Assembly (NCBI GenBank): GCA_002683825.1
Contig: NYUD01000011.1
Coordinates: forward strand, 127,854 to 191,853
DNA from: Planctomycetota bacterium
GTDB lineage: Bacteria > Planctomycetota > UBA1135 > GCA-002686595
Reading direction: 5' to 3'
Length of the DNA: 64,000 nt
The position numbers were made by a program, and so were the translations under genes. Every line of letters begins with the position of its first letter. Position 1 is the first letter of the stretch. Under the pieces are notes generated by a model. It saw only the letters and a list, made by a program, of their open reading frames with translations. It had not been told where the DNA came from and ran no database searches. Below, piece by piece: positions 1-11,300 of the stretch.

Positions 1-483
1 GTAGACTCCCTTGCCGCCACGGATGAAGCGGTTGTCGGTCGGTTCGCCCACGATCGTAAAGCGCGGCTCCCAGGGTGCCGTCCGCTCGCGCTCTGCAAGC
101 TGCGCCCCCGCACCATCGGTCTCTTCTCCGACGGTGAAGAGAAACCCGATGCGCTTTTCTCCCGAGGCCAGCAGGCGCTTGGCCGCTTCGATCATCGCGA
201 GCGCCGGCCCCTTGGCATCGCAAGCACCGCGCCCGTGAATGATGCCGCGTTCGCGGCGCGGTCCGAACCACGGCGGCACCGTGTCGAGGTGCGTGCAAAA
301 GCAAACCAACGGCTCGCCGGCGCGGGCGAGGACATTGAAGCGCCCTTCCGCCAGGGCCTGACGCTCGCAGTCGAAGCCCAGGCTCTCGAGGTGGTGGATC
401 AGGGCATCGGCGTATTCGCCCTCCCCGCCCGTCACCGAATCGATGTCGATCCAATCCGCAAGCGTGCTGAGAGAGTCACCCAT
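1..483 (-). CDS. M20-family metallopeptidase (ArgE/DapE/acetylornithine deacetylase-like), N-terminal part; the gene runs off the left edge
   Basis: Own translation of the minus strand from the ATG at 483-481: MGDSLSTLADWIDIDSVTG...CFCTHLDTVPPW...IHGRGACDAKGP...FTVGEETDG. HxDTVP and GRGAxDxKG are M20 motifs. It is absent from the ORF track because the window truncates it. Confidence 0.8.
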   Translation of the reverse strand, partial: MGDSLSTLADWIDIDSVTGGEGEYADALIHHLESLGFDCERQALAEGRFNVLARAGEPLVCFCTHLDTVPPWFGPRRERGIIHGRGACDAKGPALAMIEAAKRLLASGEKRIGFLFTVGEETDGAGAQLAERERTAPWEPRFTIVGEPTDNRFIRGGKGVY

Positions 484-502
484 GGCGCGGAGTGTACTCC
501 AA

Positions 503-2011
503 CTACGGACGGATGAGGGTGGTGACAGCGTTCGTCAGCTCCAGACCTTCCGCAGCGAGAATCGCGCCGTTCCAGACCACGCTCTCGCCTACCAACGCCA
601 CGAGGACGCCGGGGGGGAGCGAAAGTTCCGCAAGCGCCCGGCCCCTGCCGTTCAGCGCGAGGGGCGCTGCCGGATAGAACGGGGCTTCTCCAGCCGACAA
701 CAGGGGCAGCGCCACCAGATCTCTTCTCAACCGCCCGACACGCCGGTCGGACCCCTGCCAGCTACCCAGAATCCAATAGGGGGCAACGGGCATGCCGGGG
801 TTGTTCATGAAGAACGGAATCCGTGCGCCGGCGGCAGCAGAAACCTCGCGCATCCCCACGGTCAGGGCTCTCGGCGCGACGAATTCCACCTCGGGGTAGG
901 GATACATCGTCGCCTTGACACCACGCGCCTCCGCCGTGATGACGTATCGCTCGACGGTGATCTGCGTGCCGGCGGTCAATGTGAAGCTGTAATGACCCCT
1001 TCCGTGGTTGACTACGTCGCTCACGCTGGCCCCGGCGCCGTTCTCATCCAGGGGTTTCACACTCACGCGCGTATCGTCGTGGCTCAGGCGGGAGCCATCC
1101 ACATCCCGCAGGAGAATGTTGACTGTGCTCTGAGTCACGCCATCCGCAGGCATCACCTGAACCGTCGTCACTTTCGAACGCAACCCATCCGGTGCGTCGA
1201 GGTGATTGCGCCGCCAGATGTCATAGCGATCCTGCAGCACAAAGACGGGGTCGGGATCCTCCACACTGCCGATGAAGTTCAGCGACATGTAGTACTGGCC
1301 CTTCGCGCAGCCCGCATTGGCATTGCAGCCACCGTTGGCGTCGCCCTGGCGCGCGACCACCACGCAACCGATGTGCGCCGCTTTGAACGGTTCCGGAGGA
1401 GGGACGCCACAGGAGGTCGGTTGGTTGTTGGAGCAAGAACAGCGCCCATCGCCGCCGAGATCGCGCGCTGCGTGCATGGCGGCCATCAGGCGCTCCCCCA
1501 TGTCACCATTTGTGTTCCGGAAGGCGCTCTCGGCCGCGAACACCACCTCGTTCCCTACGAGGATGTTGCCCTGAACCGCGTACACCCAATCGCCGATCTG
1601 GCCGGTGACTCCGGTGGCCGCTGCGGCCGCGCCATTGCCCGTAAAGGTCACCGGGTCGCCGGTGAAGTTCACGATGCCGTATTGCCGCCCCTGGTGGATC
1701 GGATCCTGCGCGGAAAGCAAAGCGAGGATCTCGGCGGGTGTGTCCTCCGTGTCGCGATAGTTGAAGTAGATCAGGCGCCGATTGTCACCGAAGGTATCGC
1801 CGATCGACTGAGCCGCCGCCGCTCCCTCACCGACCACGATCACCGGCACCAATCGACGCAAGTTCAGGTTCGCGATACAGGTCGCCGTCGCGACCCCCAC
1901 TTCGCGCGTCCTCAGATTGACACAGACGATCGACCACGTGGCTTGCGAGGGCGCAGCCAGACAAACCAGCCCCAAGAACGGGGATAGAAGGCGACGAAGC
2001 GTGGAATTCAT
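503..2011 (-). CDS. Secreted DUF1028-type Ntn-hydrolase-fold protein with a Cys-rich insert and an Ig-like C-terminal extension
   Basis: Track ORF 503..2029. Start taken at the internal Met: MNSTLRRLLSPFLGLVCLAAPSQA|TWSIVCV. T-W-S-I-V matches the DUF1028 N-terminal T-F-S-I-V nucleophile motif. A signal peptide with an AxA site precedes it. Confidence 0.7.
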   Translation of the reverse strand: MNSTLRRLLSPFLGLVCLAAPSQATWSIVCVNLRTREVGVATATCIANLNLRRLVPVIVVGEGAAAAQSIGDTFGDNRRLIYFNYRDTEDTPAEILALLSAQDPIHQGRQYGIVNFTGDPVTFTGNGAAAAATGVTGQIGDWVYAVQGNILVGNEVVFAAESAFRNTNGDMGERLMAAMHAARDLGGDGRCSCSNNQPTSCGVPPPEPFKAAHIGCVVVARQGDANGGCNANAGCAKGQYYMSLNFIGSVEDPDPVFVLQDRYDIWRRNHLDAPDGLRSKVTTVQVMPADGVTQSTVNILLRDVDGSRLSHDDTRVSVKPLDENGAGASVSDVVNHGRGHYSFTLTAGTQITVERYVITAEARGVKATMYPYPEVEFVAPRALTVGMREVSAAAGARIPFFMNNPGMPVAPYWILGSWQGSDRRVGRLRRDLVALPLLSAGEAPFYPAAPLALNGRGRALAELSLPPGVLVALVGESVVWNGAILAAEGLELTNAVTTLIRP

Positions 2012-2219
2012 CGCTCCAGGGTACCCCACCGCCCTTCGATCCCGCTACAGGTGCTGAGGCGGCTGGAGGAAGGTCGGCAGAGCCGGGCCGGTGGCGGACG
2101 AGCGCCCATTGCAGAACACTCTTTTCTCCGGACGTAGACGACTGTCGCCCGTTGGAGTTCGCCCGGGCGAGACAGGACTCAGCAGATCGTTGAAGAGAAC
2201 GCTAAGCCGGCTGCAGGCG

Positions 2220-2726
2220 TTACGTGGACAGGCTCAACAACTTGGCTCCGCCCGCGACCGCCTGGCCTTTCTTGACATGGATCTGCTTCACTACCCCGGT
2301 GGCCGGTGCTCCGATCTCGTTTTGCATTTTCATCGCCTCGAGAATCAGAAGCGGCTGCCCCTGCTCAACCGATTCCCCTTCCGAAACCAGGAGTTCCACC
2401 ACCACGCCCGGCATGACGCTCTTCACGTCTCCGCTGCTCTGGCTCCGACTGCCTTCGGCCTGATGCGCCGCGCGTTCGCGTTCATCTTCGATTTCGACCT
2501 CGTACAGCCGCCCGGCCACGGTCACCTGCACGTTCTCGGAGTTACCCTCCAGGGAGACCGCGTAGCACGTCTCCCCCAGAAACAGGCTCACCTGTCCGAG
2601 CCGGTCGACCTCTTCATAACGGGCATCCACGGCTTTGCCGTCATAGCTGAGCTCGATCCGGCCGGAGCGTTCCACGAGCTCGACCTCGTGCGCTTCGTTG
2701 TTGACCTTGACGTAGTACTTCACCAC
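2220..2726 (-). CDS. Biotin carboxyl carrier protein (biotinyl/lipoyl domain)
   Basis: The C-terminus ...LILEAMKMQNEIGAPATGVV... carries the biotinylation motif E-A-M-K-M. GTG start at 2726, preceded by GAGGAGG. It overlaps the stop of the upstream biotin carboxylase gene. Confidence 0.85.
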   Translation of the reverse strand: MVKYYVKVNNEAHEVELVERSGRIELSYDGKAVDARYEEVDRLGQVSLFLGETCYAVSLEGNSENVQVTVAGRLYEVEIEDERERAAHQAEGSRSQSSGDVKSVMPGVVVELLVSEGESVEQGQPLLILEAMKMQNEIGAPATGVVKQIHVKKGQAVAGGAKLLSLST

Positions 2727-4285
2727 AAGTCCTCCTCGCGCGCCTCGAAGCGGCCACCCTGAAGATAGGGAACGCCCGGCTCGCGGCCGCTCCATTGGCC
2801 GGAAAGACCGCGTGCGCGCTCGAGCCACCCCGCGCGCGCCCCGCCGTCGCCGGCCAGAGCCCGTCGGCGCGCGGCCTTGAAGCGCTTGACCGTCGCCGCG
2901 ATGGCCGCAGCGCGCACGCCTACGATGTTGTCTCCGAGAAGCGCAACCGACTCCAGGAGATGGGTGTCGAAGCGGCCCCTTTGGAAGCGCTCATCCTCCA
3001 GCACGGCCAGGGCTGCCGGAGCGCTCGTGCGCACGCCACCGATGTTCATCTCGGACAAAGCCCGCCGCATGCGTGCGATCGCCGTGTCACGGTCCGACGC
3101 CCAGACGATGATCTTGGCCAGCATCGGATCGTAGTTCAGCCCGACCTCCATCCCGCGGAAGAGGCTGGAATCCATGCGCACCCACGGCCCTCCGGGAAGG
3201 CGTAGGTTGCTAATCGTCCCCGTCGAAGGAACGAAGCCATTCAGAGGGTCTTCGGCGTTGATGCGCACCTCGATCGAGTGGCCACGAAAGGTGATGGCAG
3301 ATTGGTCGTAGCCCAGCTCCTCGCCTGCAGCAACGCGCAACTGTTCCCGGACGAGGTCGATTCCCGTCGTCATCTCCGTCACCGGGTGCTCAACCTGTAG
3401 GCGGGTGTTCATCTCCAGAAAGAAGAACTCCGGGCTCCCGCCGGCCTCGGTGTACAGAAACTCGACCGTCCCCGCGCCGACGTAGCCGACCGAACGTGCG
3501 GCCCTCAGCGCGACCTCGCCCATCCTCTTGCGCAGCTCTTCATCGACCACGGGAGACGGTGACTCCTCGATCAGCTTCTGATGGCGTCGCTGCACGGTGC
3601 AATCGCGCTCGCCCAGGTGGACGCCGTTGCCCTTGGCATCGAAGAGCACTTGCACCTCGACGTGCCGCGGCTCCAGCACGTAGCGCTCGAGATACAGCCG
3701 ACCGTCGCCGAAGGCGCTCTCCGCCTCGCCGGCAGCCGTCCGAAAGCCACTCTCCATCTCCGAGGGGTCGTGCACGATGCGAATGCCCTTGCCGCCTCCC
3801 CCGGCGGCGGCTTTGATCGCAACGGGATAACCGATGCCCTTGGCAGCCTCGATCGCGGCTTCCGCATCGGCGACCGGGTCCACCAGACCGGGGACCAGCG
3901 ACACTCCGGCCTCCTGCATGCAACGGCGGGACACGATCTTGTCCCCCATCTCCTCGATCGCAGAGGGTGGGGGGCCGATCCATGCGAGTCCGGCACCGTT
4001 CACCGCTTCTGCAAAGCGCGCATTCTCGGCCAGGAAGCCGTAACCCGGATGAACCGCCTCGGCGCCGCTCTTCTTCGCTACGGCGAGAATCTTGTCGATG
4101 TCGAGGTAGGACTCCGAGGGAAGGTCGCCGCCCAGCGAGAAGGCCGCATCCGCCAGGCGCGTGTGGAGCGCGCCGCTATCGAACTCCGAGTAGACCGCGA
4201 CACACTCGATGCCCATTTCCCGGGCCGTGCGCATGATCCGCAGTGCGATCTCGCCTCGGTTGGCAATCAGAATCCGTCGAAACAT
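2720..4285 (-). CDS. Biotin carboxylase subunit of an acyl-CoA (propionyl/acetyl-CoA) carboxylase
   Basis: MFRRILIANRGEIALRIMRTAREMGIECVAVYSE...HPGYGFLAEN...AAGGGGKGIRIV...: canonical ATP-grasp biotin carboxylase sequence. Confidence 0.93.
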   Translation of the reverse strand: MFRRILIANRGEIALRIMRTAREMGIECVAVYSEFDSGALHTRLADAAFSLGGDLPSESYLDIDKILAVAKKSGAEAVHPGYGFLAENARFAEAVNGAGLAWIGPPPSAIEEMGDKIVSRRCMQEAGVSLVPGLVDPVADAEAAIEAAKGIGYPVAIKAAAGGGGKGIRIVHDPSEMESGFRTAAGEAESAFGDGRLYLERYVLEPRHVEVQVLFDAKGNGVHLGERDCTVQRRHQKLIEESPSPVVDEELRKRMGEVALRAARSVGYVGAGTVEFLYTEAGGSPEFFFLEMNTRLQVEHPVTEMTTGIDLVREQLRVAAGEELGYDQSAITFRGHSIEVRINAEDPLNGFVPSTGTISNLRLPGGPWVRMDSSLFRGMEVGLNYDPMLAKIIVWASDRDTAIARMRRALSEMNIGGVRTSAPAALAVLEDERFQRGRFDTHLLESVALLGDNIVGVRAAAIAATVKRFKAARRRALAGDGGARAGWLERARGLSGQWSGREPGVPYLQGGRFEAREEDLW

Positions 4286-4296
4286 GAACTGTGTGC

Positions 4297-5844
4297 TCAG
4301 AGAGGAATGTTGCCGTGCTTGCGTTTCGGCCGCACCTCGACCTTGGTGCGCACGAGCTCGAGCGAGCGAATCAACGTGGGCCTTGTCGCACGAGCGTCGA
4401 TCACGTCGTCGATAAATCCGCGCTGGGCCGCCATGAAGGGATTGTTGAAGGTCTCTTCGTACTCCGCCGTGCGCTGAGCCTGGAATCCTTCGGGGTCGTC
4501 AGCAGCCTGAATGTCCCGGCGGTGAATGATGCGAGCCGCACCCGCAGCCCCCATCACGGCGATCTGTGCATTCGGCCAGGCCAGGTTGATGTCGGCGCGA
4601 ATGTGCTTGGAAGCCATCACATCGTATGCGCCACCATAGGCCTTACGAGTGATGACGGTCAGCTTCGGAACCGTCGCTTCGCAGTAGGAGTAGAGCAGTT
4701 TGGCCCCGTGCAGGATGATGCCTCCGTATTCCTGTTCGGTGCCCGGCAGAAATCCAGGTACGTCCTCGAAGGTCACGAGCGGAATATTGAAAGCATCGCA
4801 GAAACGAATGAAACGAGCCCCTTTCTTGGAGGCATCGATATCCAGACACCCGGCCAAGACCGAGGGCTGATTGCCCACGATGCCAACAACAAAGCCACCC
4901 AGGCGGGCAAACCCTACCAGGAGGTTCTTGGCGTACTCCGAATGCACCTCGAGGAACGATCCCTCGTCCACGACACGCGAGATCACCTCGTGCATGTCGT
5001 AGGGCTTGGAGGGATCCTCCGGCACGAGCGAATCCAGTTCTTCGTCCATGCGATCACGCGGATCGTCGGTCGGACAGAAGGGCGGCCCCTCCGCATTGTT
5101 GAGCGGCAAGTACCCGATCAACTTGCGTAGCAGGGAAAGGCTGGTCCGATCGTCGGGGCTGGTGAACGAAGCCACTCCGGAGCGCGCCGCGTGCACCTCC
5201 GCCCCCCCGAGCTCGTCTGAAGTCACTTCCTCGTGGGTCACGGCCTTCACGACGTCAGGACCCGTGATGTGCATGTACGAGGAGCCCTCGACCATGCAGA
5301 TGAAATCCGTGATGGCCGGGCTGTAGACCGCCCCACCTGCGCACGGCCCCATGACCGCCGAAAGTTGCGGGACGACACCGGAGGCCTGGGTGTTGCGCCA
5401 GAAGATCTCCGCATAGCCGCCCAGACTCTTGACGCCCTCCTGAATCCGCGCGCCGCCCGAATCGTTCAGGCCGATGATAGGCACGCCGACCTTCAAGGCC
5501 ATGTCCATCACCTTGCATATTTTTTCGGCGTGGGTTTCGGAAAGCGAACCACCGAACACCGTGAAGTCCTGGCTGTAGAGGTAGACGGGCCGGCCGTCGA
5601 TCAAGGCGTGACCGGTGATGACGCCGTCGCCGGGAATCCGCCGTTTTTCCATGCCGAAATCGGAGCAACGATGGGTCACAAAGCGATCGATCTCCACAAA
5701 CGAGCCCTCGTCGACCAGCAGGTCGACGCGCTCACGCGCGGTCAGCTTGCCCTTCTTGTGTTGCACCTCGATGCGCTTCTTGCCGCCTCCGACAAGAGAG
5801 GCGTCCCGCATTCGTTCCAGGCGTTGTAGCGGAGTTTCCGTCAT
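4297..5844 (-). CDS. pccB: Propionyl-CoA carboxylase beta chain / methylmalonyl-CoA carboxyltransferase
   Basis: ...[23 protein letters not shown]...[32 protein letters not shown]...[16 protein letters not shown]...: carboxyl-transferase domain. 4-nt overlap with the epimerase gene. Confidence 0.92.
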   Translation of the reverse strand: MTETPLQRLERMRDASLVGGGKKRIEVQHKKGKLTARERVDLLVDEGSFVEIDRFVTHRCSDFGMEKRRIPGDGVITGHALIDGRPVYLYSQDFTVFGGSLSETHAEKICKVMDMALKVGVPIIGLNDSGGARIQEGVKSLGGYAEIFWRNTQASGVVPQLSAVMGPCAGGAVYSPAITDFICMVEGSSYMHITGPDVVKAVTHEEVTSDELGGAEVHAARSGVASFTSPDDRTSLSLLRKLIGYLPLNNAEGPPFCPTDDPRDRMDEELDSLVPEDPSKPYDMHEVISRVVDEGSFLEVHSEYAKNLLVGFARLGGFVVGIVGNQPSVLAGCLDIDASKKGARFIRFCDAFNIPLVTFEDVPGFLPGTEQEYGGIILHGAKLLYSYCEATVPKLTVITRKAYGGAYDVMASKHIRADINLAWPNAQIAVMGAAGAARIIHRRDIQAADDPEGFQAQRTAEYEETFNNPFMAAQRGFIDDVIDARATRPTLIRSLELVRTKVEVRPKRKHGNIPL

Positions 5845-6272
5845 TCCTGTTCTCGTTCGGGGTCTTCGACGAGCTCGGTCAGCACACCGCCGGTCGAATT
5901 CGGATGCAAGAAGGCGATCCGCGTGCCGTGGGCTCCCGAGCGCGGCGCTTCATCGATCAAGCGGAAGCCCTCCACGCGGAGATGCGCCAGAGCCATTTCG
6001 AGATCGTCGACGTCGTATGCCAGATGATGCAGACCACCGCCGCGCCTCGCGAGAAACTTCGAAACGGGCGAGTTCTCGGAAGCTGGCTCGACCAGTTCGA
6101 TGCGCTGGGGACCGGCGCTCATCACCAGTACGTTGACCTGTTGATCGGCGATGTGTTCCAGTTCGCCCGCGGTCAATCCCAGGGCCTCGTAGGATTTCTG
6201 CGCATCGGCGATCTTCTCGACCACGATGGCGACGTGGTTCAGGCCCCTGACGACTCCTTCGAGCTCTTCCAT
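5841..6272 (-). CDS. mce: Methylmalonyl-CoA epimerase (VOC/glyoxalase fold)
   Basis: 143 aa, [23 protein letters not shown]...[15 protein letters not shown]...GTRIAFLHP. It lies between the mutase and carboxyltransferase genes. Confidence 0.88.
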   Translation of the reverse strand: MEELEGVVRGLNHVAIVVEKIADAQKSYEALGLTAGELEHIADQQVNVLVMSAGPQRIELVEPASENSPVSKFLARRGGGLHHLAYDVDDLEMALAHLRVEGFRLIDEAPRSGAHGTRIAFLHPNSTGGVLTELVEDPEREQE

Positions 6273-6281
6273 AACCGGTTC

Positions 6282-7940
6282 TCAGATCCCCTCCGGTGGG
6301 TGATAGCGACCGAAGACGCCCTCGAGCACGGCACAGATCTCGCCGATGGTCCCATAGGCTTCGACCGCTTCGAGGACGGATGGGATCAGATTGCCATCCC
6401 CCCGCGCAACCTGGCCGAGCCTTTCGAGGGCTCTGCTGGAGCGCACGGAGTCGCGTTCGGCGCGCACGCGGGCAAGATCGGCCAGCACCTCCGCGTGTGC
6501 GCTCGCATCCGGACGGAAAAGCTCGGGATCGTCCTCCTCGACCCGGTAACGGTTCAGGCCGACCACGGTCCGTTCACCGGATTCGACCGCACGCTGCCAC
6601 GCGAGGGCGGAGTGGTGGATCTCGCGCTGCATGAATCCCGTCTCGATCGCCTGCACGGCTCCTCCGATTCCATCGATCCGCTCGATCAGGGCGTTGGCAT
6701 CGTCTTCCAGACGATCGGTCAGCTCCTCGATCAGCGGGGCCCCTCCCAGGGGATCGATGACGTCCGCGACGCCCGATTCCTCGGCCAGCACCTGCTGTGT
6801 CCGCAGCGCCAGGCGTGCCGAGGCCTCGCTGGGCAGCGACAGGGCCTCGTCCCGCGAATTCGTGTGCAGGGACTGTGTCCCCCCGAGGATGGCCGCCAGG
6901 GCCTGGATCGTGACGCGCACGACGTTCGTATCGGGCTGCTGCGAAGTCAGCATCGAGCCGGCTGTCTGGGTGTGGAAGCGCAGGGTCCAGCTCTTAGGGT
7001 TCAGAGCGCCGAATTCCTCACGCATGATGCGGGCCCACATGCGCCGCGCCGCCCGGAACTTGGCGACCTCTTCGAACAGGTGATTGTGCGAGTTGAAGAA
7101 GAAGGAGAGTCGCGGCGCGAAGGAATCGACCTCCAACCCCGCCTCGATCGCCGAGCTGACGTAGGCGCGCGCGTTGGCGAGCGTGAAGGCCAGCTCCTGC
7201 ACGGCCGTGGATCCCGCCTCTCGAATGTGGTATCCGGAGATCGAAATCGTGTTCCAGCGCGGCGCGTGCTCGGCGCAGAAGGCCATCAGATCGGTGGTCA
7301 AGCGCAACGATGCGCGCACGGGGAAACGATAATTCCCCCGTGCGACGTATTCCTTGAGGATGTCGTTCTGAACCGTGCCGCGCACTCGTTCCGTCGCGAC
7401 CCCCTGCTTGCGCGCCAGGGCGAGATACATCGCAAGCAAGATCACCGCCGTCGCGTTGATGGTCATCGAGGTCGAAACCTCCCCCAGGGGGATGCCCTCG
7501 AACAGCCGTTCCATGTCGGCCAGGCTGTTGATCGGAACCCCGACTTTGCCTACCTCGGGTTCGGCCAACGGATGATCGGAGTCGTAGCCGATCTGGGTCG
7601 GCAGATCGAAGGCCGTGGACAACCCCGTCTGTCCGCTCTCCAGGAGCATCCGAAAGCGTCGGTTGGTCTCCCGCGCGCTGGCGAACCCCGCGTATTGACG
7701 CATCGTCCAGAAACGCCCGCGGTACATCGTCGGGTGGATCCCGCGCGTGTAGGGATACTCGCCGGGGAAACCGCCGTCGGCCGCACCTCCGTACAGGGGG
7801 GCCAGTCGCACGCCCGAGGGGGTCTCGAAGAACTCGCGCCGCTCCGACTGTGCTTCGGACGCCGGCCCGTGCACGGTTTTCTGCCAACGCGAGGGGTCCC
7901 CCCGCCCGGATTCGGGTCGAATGGAAGATTCGGACGCCAT
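6282..7940 (-). CDS. Methylmalonyl-CoA mutase, large (catalytic TIM-barrel) subunit without a fused B12-binding domain
   Basis: ...[63 protein letters not shown]... 552 aa, ending before any DxHxxG cobalamin-binding module. Confidence 0.93.
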   Translation of the reverse strand: MASESSIRPESGRGDPSRWQKTVHGPASEAQSERREFFETPSGVRLAPLYGGAADGGFPGEYPYTRGIHPTMYRGRFWTMRQYAGFASARETNRRFRMLLESGQTGLSTAFDLPTQIGYDSDHPLAEPEVGKVGVPINSLADMERLFEGIPLGEVSTSMTINATAVILLAMYLALARKQGVATERVRGTVQNDILKEYVARGNYRFPVRASLRLTTDLMAFCAEHAPRWNTISISGYHIREAGSTAVQELAFTLANARAYVSSAIEAGLEVDSFAPRLSFFFNSHNHLFEEVAKFRAARRMWARIMREEFGALNPKSWTLRFHTQTAGSMLTSQQPDTNVVRVTIQALAAILGGTQSLHTNSRDEALSLPSEASARLALRTQQVLAEESGVADVIDPLGGAPLIEELTDRLEDDANALIERIDGIGGAVQAIETGFMQREIHHSALAWQRAVESGERTVVGLNRYRVEEDDPELFRPDASAHAEVLADLARVRAERDSVRSSRALERLGQVARGDGNLIPSVLEAVEAYGTIGEICAVLEGVFGRYHPPEGI

Positions 7941-8393
7941 GGGGCGGGAATTCTACGACGAACGCCCGAACCCACTACGCCTGAAGAAAGCGATTGGACA
8001 TCGACGTACCCCTATTGCGCCGGCTTCCCGGAAGATTCTCGGCAGGGAGATCGACCCGCAGGGAAAGCCGGCGCACAGCAGCTCCATGACGCTTGCCGCG
8101 GCAGGCGGCTTGCCGGCCGCAACGTTCATGGGCGGGTAGCATGGCGAGATGGGGTCCATCGTGGGCAGCGGCCCGAACGTTTCCGTCGAGGGGCGTTTGT
8201 TCGAACTCCCTGTCACGGTCACGGGCGATCACGACGAGGGCTCTCAACACCCCGGCGCGCCTGTGTTTTACGCATCCATTACGCTTCTTGCGGGATGTTC
8301 GGGCTGGACCGGTGAACTCCGGGTAACCGCAGACGCACCGACAGCCGAAAGAAGGCTAGCCTCTGACCCCGAATCCACGGGGTCCAGGTCGGT

Positions 8394-11300
8394 ATGTCCG
8401 TCCAACGCACGAGTTCCAACCTGCTTTTCGTCGGCGTACTGTGCGCGATCGGCGGTGTCTATCTGATCGGCCGACTGGTGCTGCATCGGCCGGACGGTCG
8501 CCTCGCGGAACGCCCGGCCGAACTCGCTGAGCCGGAGGAGGCTTCGGAGAAGCGACGGGAGGAAACCGTGGTCGTGGCGACTCCGCCGGCCGCAACCCCG
8601 TTGCAAACCGCGCGGGCCGAGGACCCGCCTACGCTGGAGCTCGCAACGAGCGCTGCGCGTTGGGAAGTCTCGGGCCGGCTCCTCGCTCCTCCCGCCAGCC
8701 CGATCGACTCGACGCTCACGCTGATCGCGCTGCCCCATCCCCCGGCCACTCTCTCCGATCCCTGGAAACCTCCGGACTGGAACGATCTCCTCGAAGGCGA
8801 ACGAGCGGAGGCGAACATCGCTTCCGACGGGCACTTTCAGATCATCCTCCCGGCATACTGGGAGCGAGCCTGGATCGATCTTTCCGGGCGCTTCCTCTAT
8901 TTCGATGAACCGCTCGAGGTGGTTCAGGAGGAACGTACCCGGGGGCTACCGCTCCTGCTGCGTCCGCGCCTGGGAGCCTGGGTGCGTGGGACGGTTCTCG
9001 CCGAGGACGGAACGCTCCTGGAAGAGGCCTTCATCCGCCGTGCACGGGTCAGCGCCGTCCCCGACCTCGGTGCGCTGCACGACGCGCTCGCCCACGGTGG
9101 ACCGGGAACCCCGGTCAACGGACGTCTGAGCGCACGCCCCAGCGACGAAGGCGCCTTCGAACTGCGCGGTCTCCCGCCCTCGACGAACTTCGTGATCGCA
9201 CCGGTCGCGGATGGGTTGTTGCCCGGACGCGCCGCGCCCTTGCATGCGCAACCCGGCGCCGTGCTCGATCTCGATTTCAGGTTGTTGCCCGGGAGCACGC
9301 TCCGCGGTCGGATCGTCGATCCGGACGGACATCCGCTGACCGGCGTGTCCGTGAGCTATCGGGGGGACCTCGAGCTCGATGGGTTCGCGCCGCTCTTCGG
9401 CTCCTGGTCGGTCGAGGACGGGACGGACGAGAGCGGGCTCTTCGAGCTGGCCGGGCTCCCGGCGCGAGCCCAGCTGGAAATCGGCTGCACACTCGAGGGC
9501 TGGATTCTGCCCGACTCGCTCGTGGTCGATCTGAGCTCCCCGAAGCAAAGCGTGGATGTCGAGGCGGTCCTCCACCGCGGTCGTGCACTCCTGGGCCGTG
9601 TCCTGTGGGCGGATGGCAGCCCGGCGCCCGGTTTCAAGGTGCGGCTCGAGCGCCATGCCCGCGAGATCGCAGCCGTGCGCACGGACGAGCACGGAGCGTT
9701 TCACTTCGCCGGTCTCGACGGGAGGGGCTACTCCCTCTACGCCCAGGGTGTCGAGTCGATCGGCCCCGACCCTGTCGACCTCGGTAGCCGCAACCGCATC
9801 GGCTGGACCCGGATGATCGACCTCGACCCGAATTCGGACGAGGTCCTGGTTACGCTGAGCCATGGCCTGCGTCTGGATGGAAGCGTGATCACGGCCGGCG
9901 GCGAAGCCCTCGAAACGTTCGAACTCACCCTGCTTTCAGTCGACATCGAGGGAGCGACGTCGGGCTTCCAGTCGACCCACGCGGGCGGACACGGTGGGTT
10001 TCAGCTGGAGGGCCTGCAGCCCGGCTCCTGGAACCTAACGGCGCACGCCGAAGGATACGTCAGCTCGGCTCCCTGCGAGGTTCGCCTGCCGCGCCCGGCC
10101 ACCTCGGAGCCCCTGCGCTTCGAACTGATCGCCAAGGGTTCGGCCGCGGGTACGGTGGTCGACCCCGAGGGTCATGCCCTCGCCGGAGCGCGGATCCGCA
10201 GCATCGTTTCCTGGCGCGCCGCTTCCGGCCGTACGACGAACGAATGGAAGACCGACGCCTACGGCCACTTCCACGTGAAGGATCTTCTGCCGGGGTCGCA
10301 CCGCTGGATCGCGAGCGCACACGGCTTCGCAAGCAGCATCATGGTCGAGGTACTCATCCCCGCCGGTGGAGTGGTCGACGATATCGAAGTCGCTTTGCGC
10401 GAGGGCGGTCTCTTGACGGGCGTCCTCCTGAACGAGAGGGACGAACCGGAGGTCGGTCGTTTCCTCAGCGTGGCCTGCGCCGATTCTCTCGACACTCGAA
10501 CCGGTCGCACCGACAAGAGCGGTGGTTTCGCGTTCAAGGAGCTGGAGCCGGGCAACTGGCGCGTCTACGTGCTACCCGAGGGCGAGAGCGGCGGTCGTTC
10601 GGCACCCCGGGAGCAACCGGCGCTGTCGGCCGAGGTCGTGATTCACGACGGAGACGAGAGCCACGTCGTGCTCGGCGGCAACCCGGCTCCGCAGATACCG
10701 GCCAAACGCCTGCGGGGACAGGTCGTCTCGGACACGGGCCAGCCCCAGGCTGGGGTTCTCGTGTCCTTGGGCGAGGAAGGTCCCTTGCCGACACGCTGTC
10801 CCTATGGAAGCCGCCTCCTACAGGTGGAGAGTGACGCCGATGGACGCTTCGAGTTCGAAGCCCTCGCCCTGGGGACCTACAGCCTGTGCGCCTTCCCGGA
10901 GGCTCGCCACGGCGGCCTCGCACCGCGCGTCGCGCGCTCCATCACCCTGAACGCTTCCGAGGACGAGAGCGAGGAGATCGTCGTCGAACTGACCCGCGGG
11001 GGATCCCTCGGGGGCGTGGTGCTCGACCTCGAGGGCCTTCCGATACCGAACGCATCGATCTTCATCCGCGAACGGGACGGCTTCGTTCTCGCACGTATTT
11101 CCGAGTTGAGCTCGGATGAGAACGGTCGCTTTCTTTATCCCGCCTTGGTCCCCGGCAGCTACACGATCTTCGCCCGCACCGGGGACGCGTCCACGCTGGA
11201 AAGCGCCCCCCTGGAGGTCTCCGCCGGCGTACACACCCAGACCGAAATCGTCTTGACCCGAGGCACCTTGCTCTCGGTCCAGCTGGAAGGAACCGAAGGA

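Noticed and set aside
443-1987. 514-aa plus-strand ORF
   Set aside because: It is antisense to the DUF1028 gene, which has a signal peptide and a family motif. Its composition is Arg/Gly/His-rich and unlike real proteins.
5904-8315. 803-aa plus-strand ORF, the longest unassigned ORF in the track
   Set aside because: It is entirely antisense to the strongly conserved epimerase and methylmalonyl-CoA mutase genes. Its product is R/G/P/A-rich low complexity with no recognisable motif. This is the typical high-GC antisense ORF artefact.
7941-8393. Cobalamin riboswitch upstream of the B12-dependent mutase (the plus strand contains CAGGGAAAGCCGG)
   Set aside because: It is only a partial resemblance to the AGGGAA...GGTG core, on the wrong strand for the mutase. 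There is no GCCACTG B12 box. Mutase genes are also not typical targets of this riboswitch.
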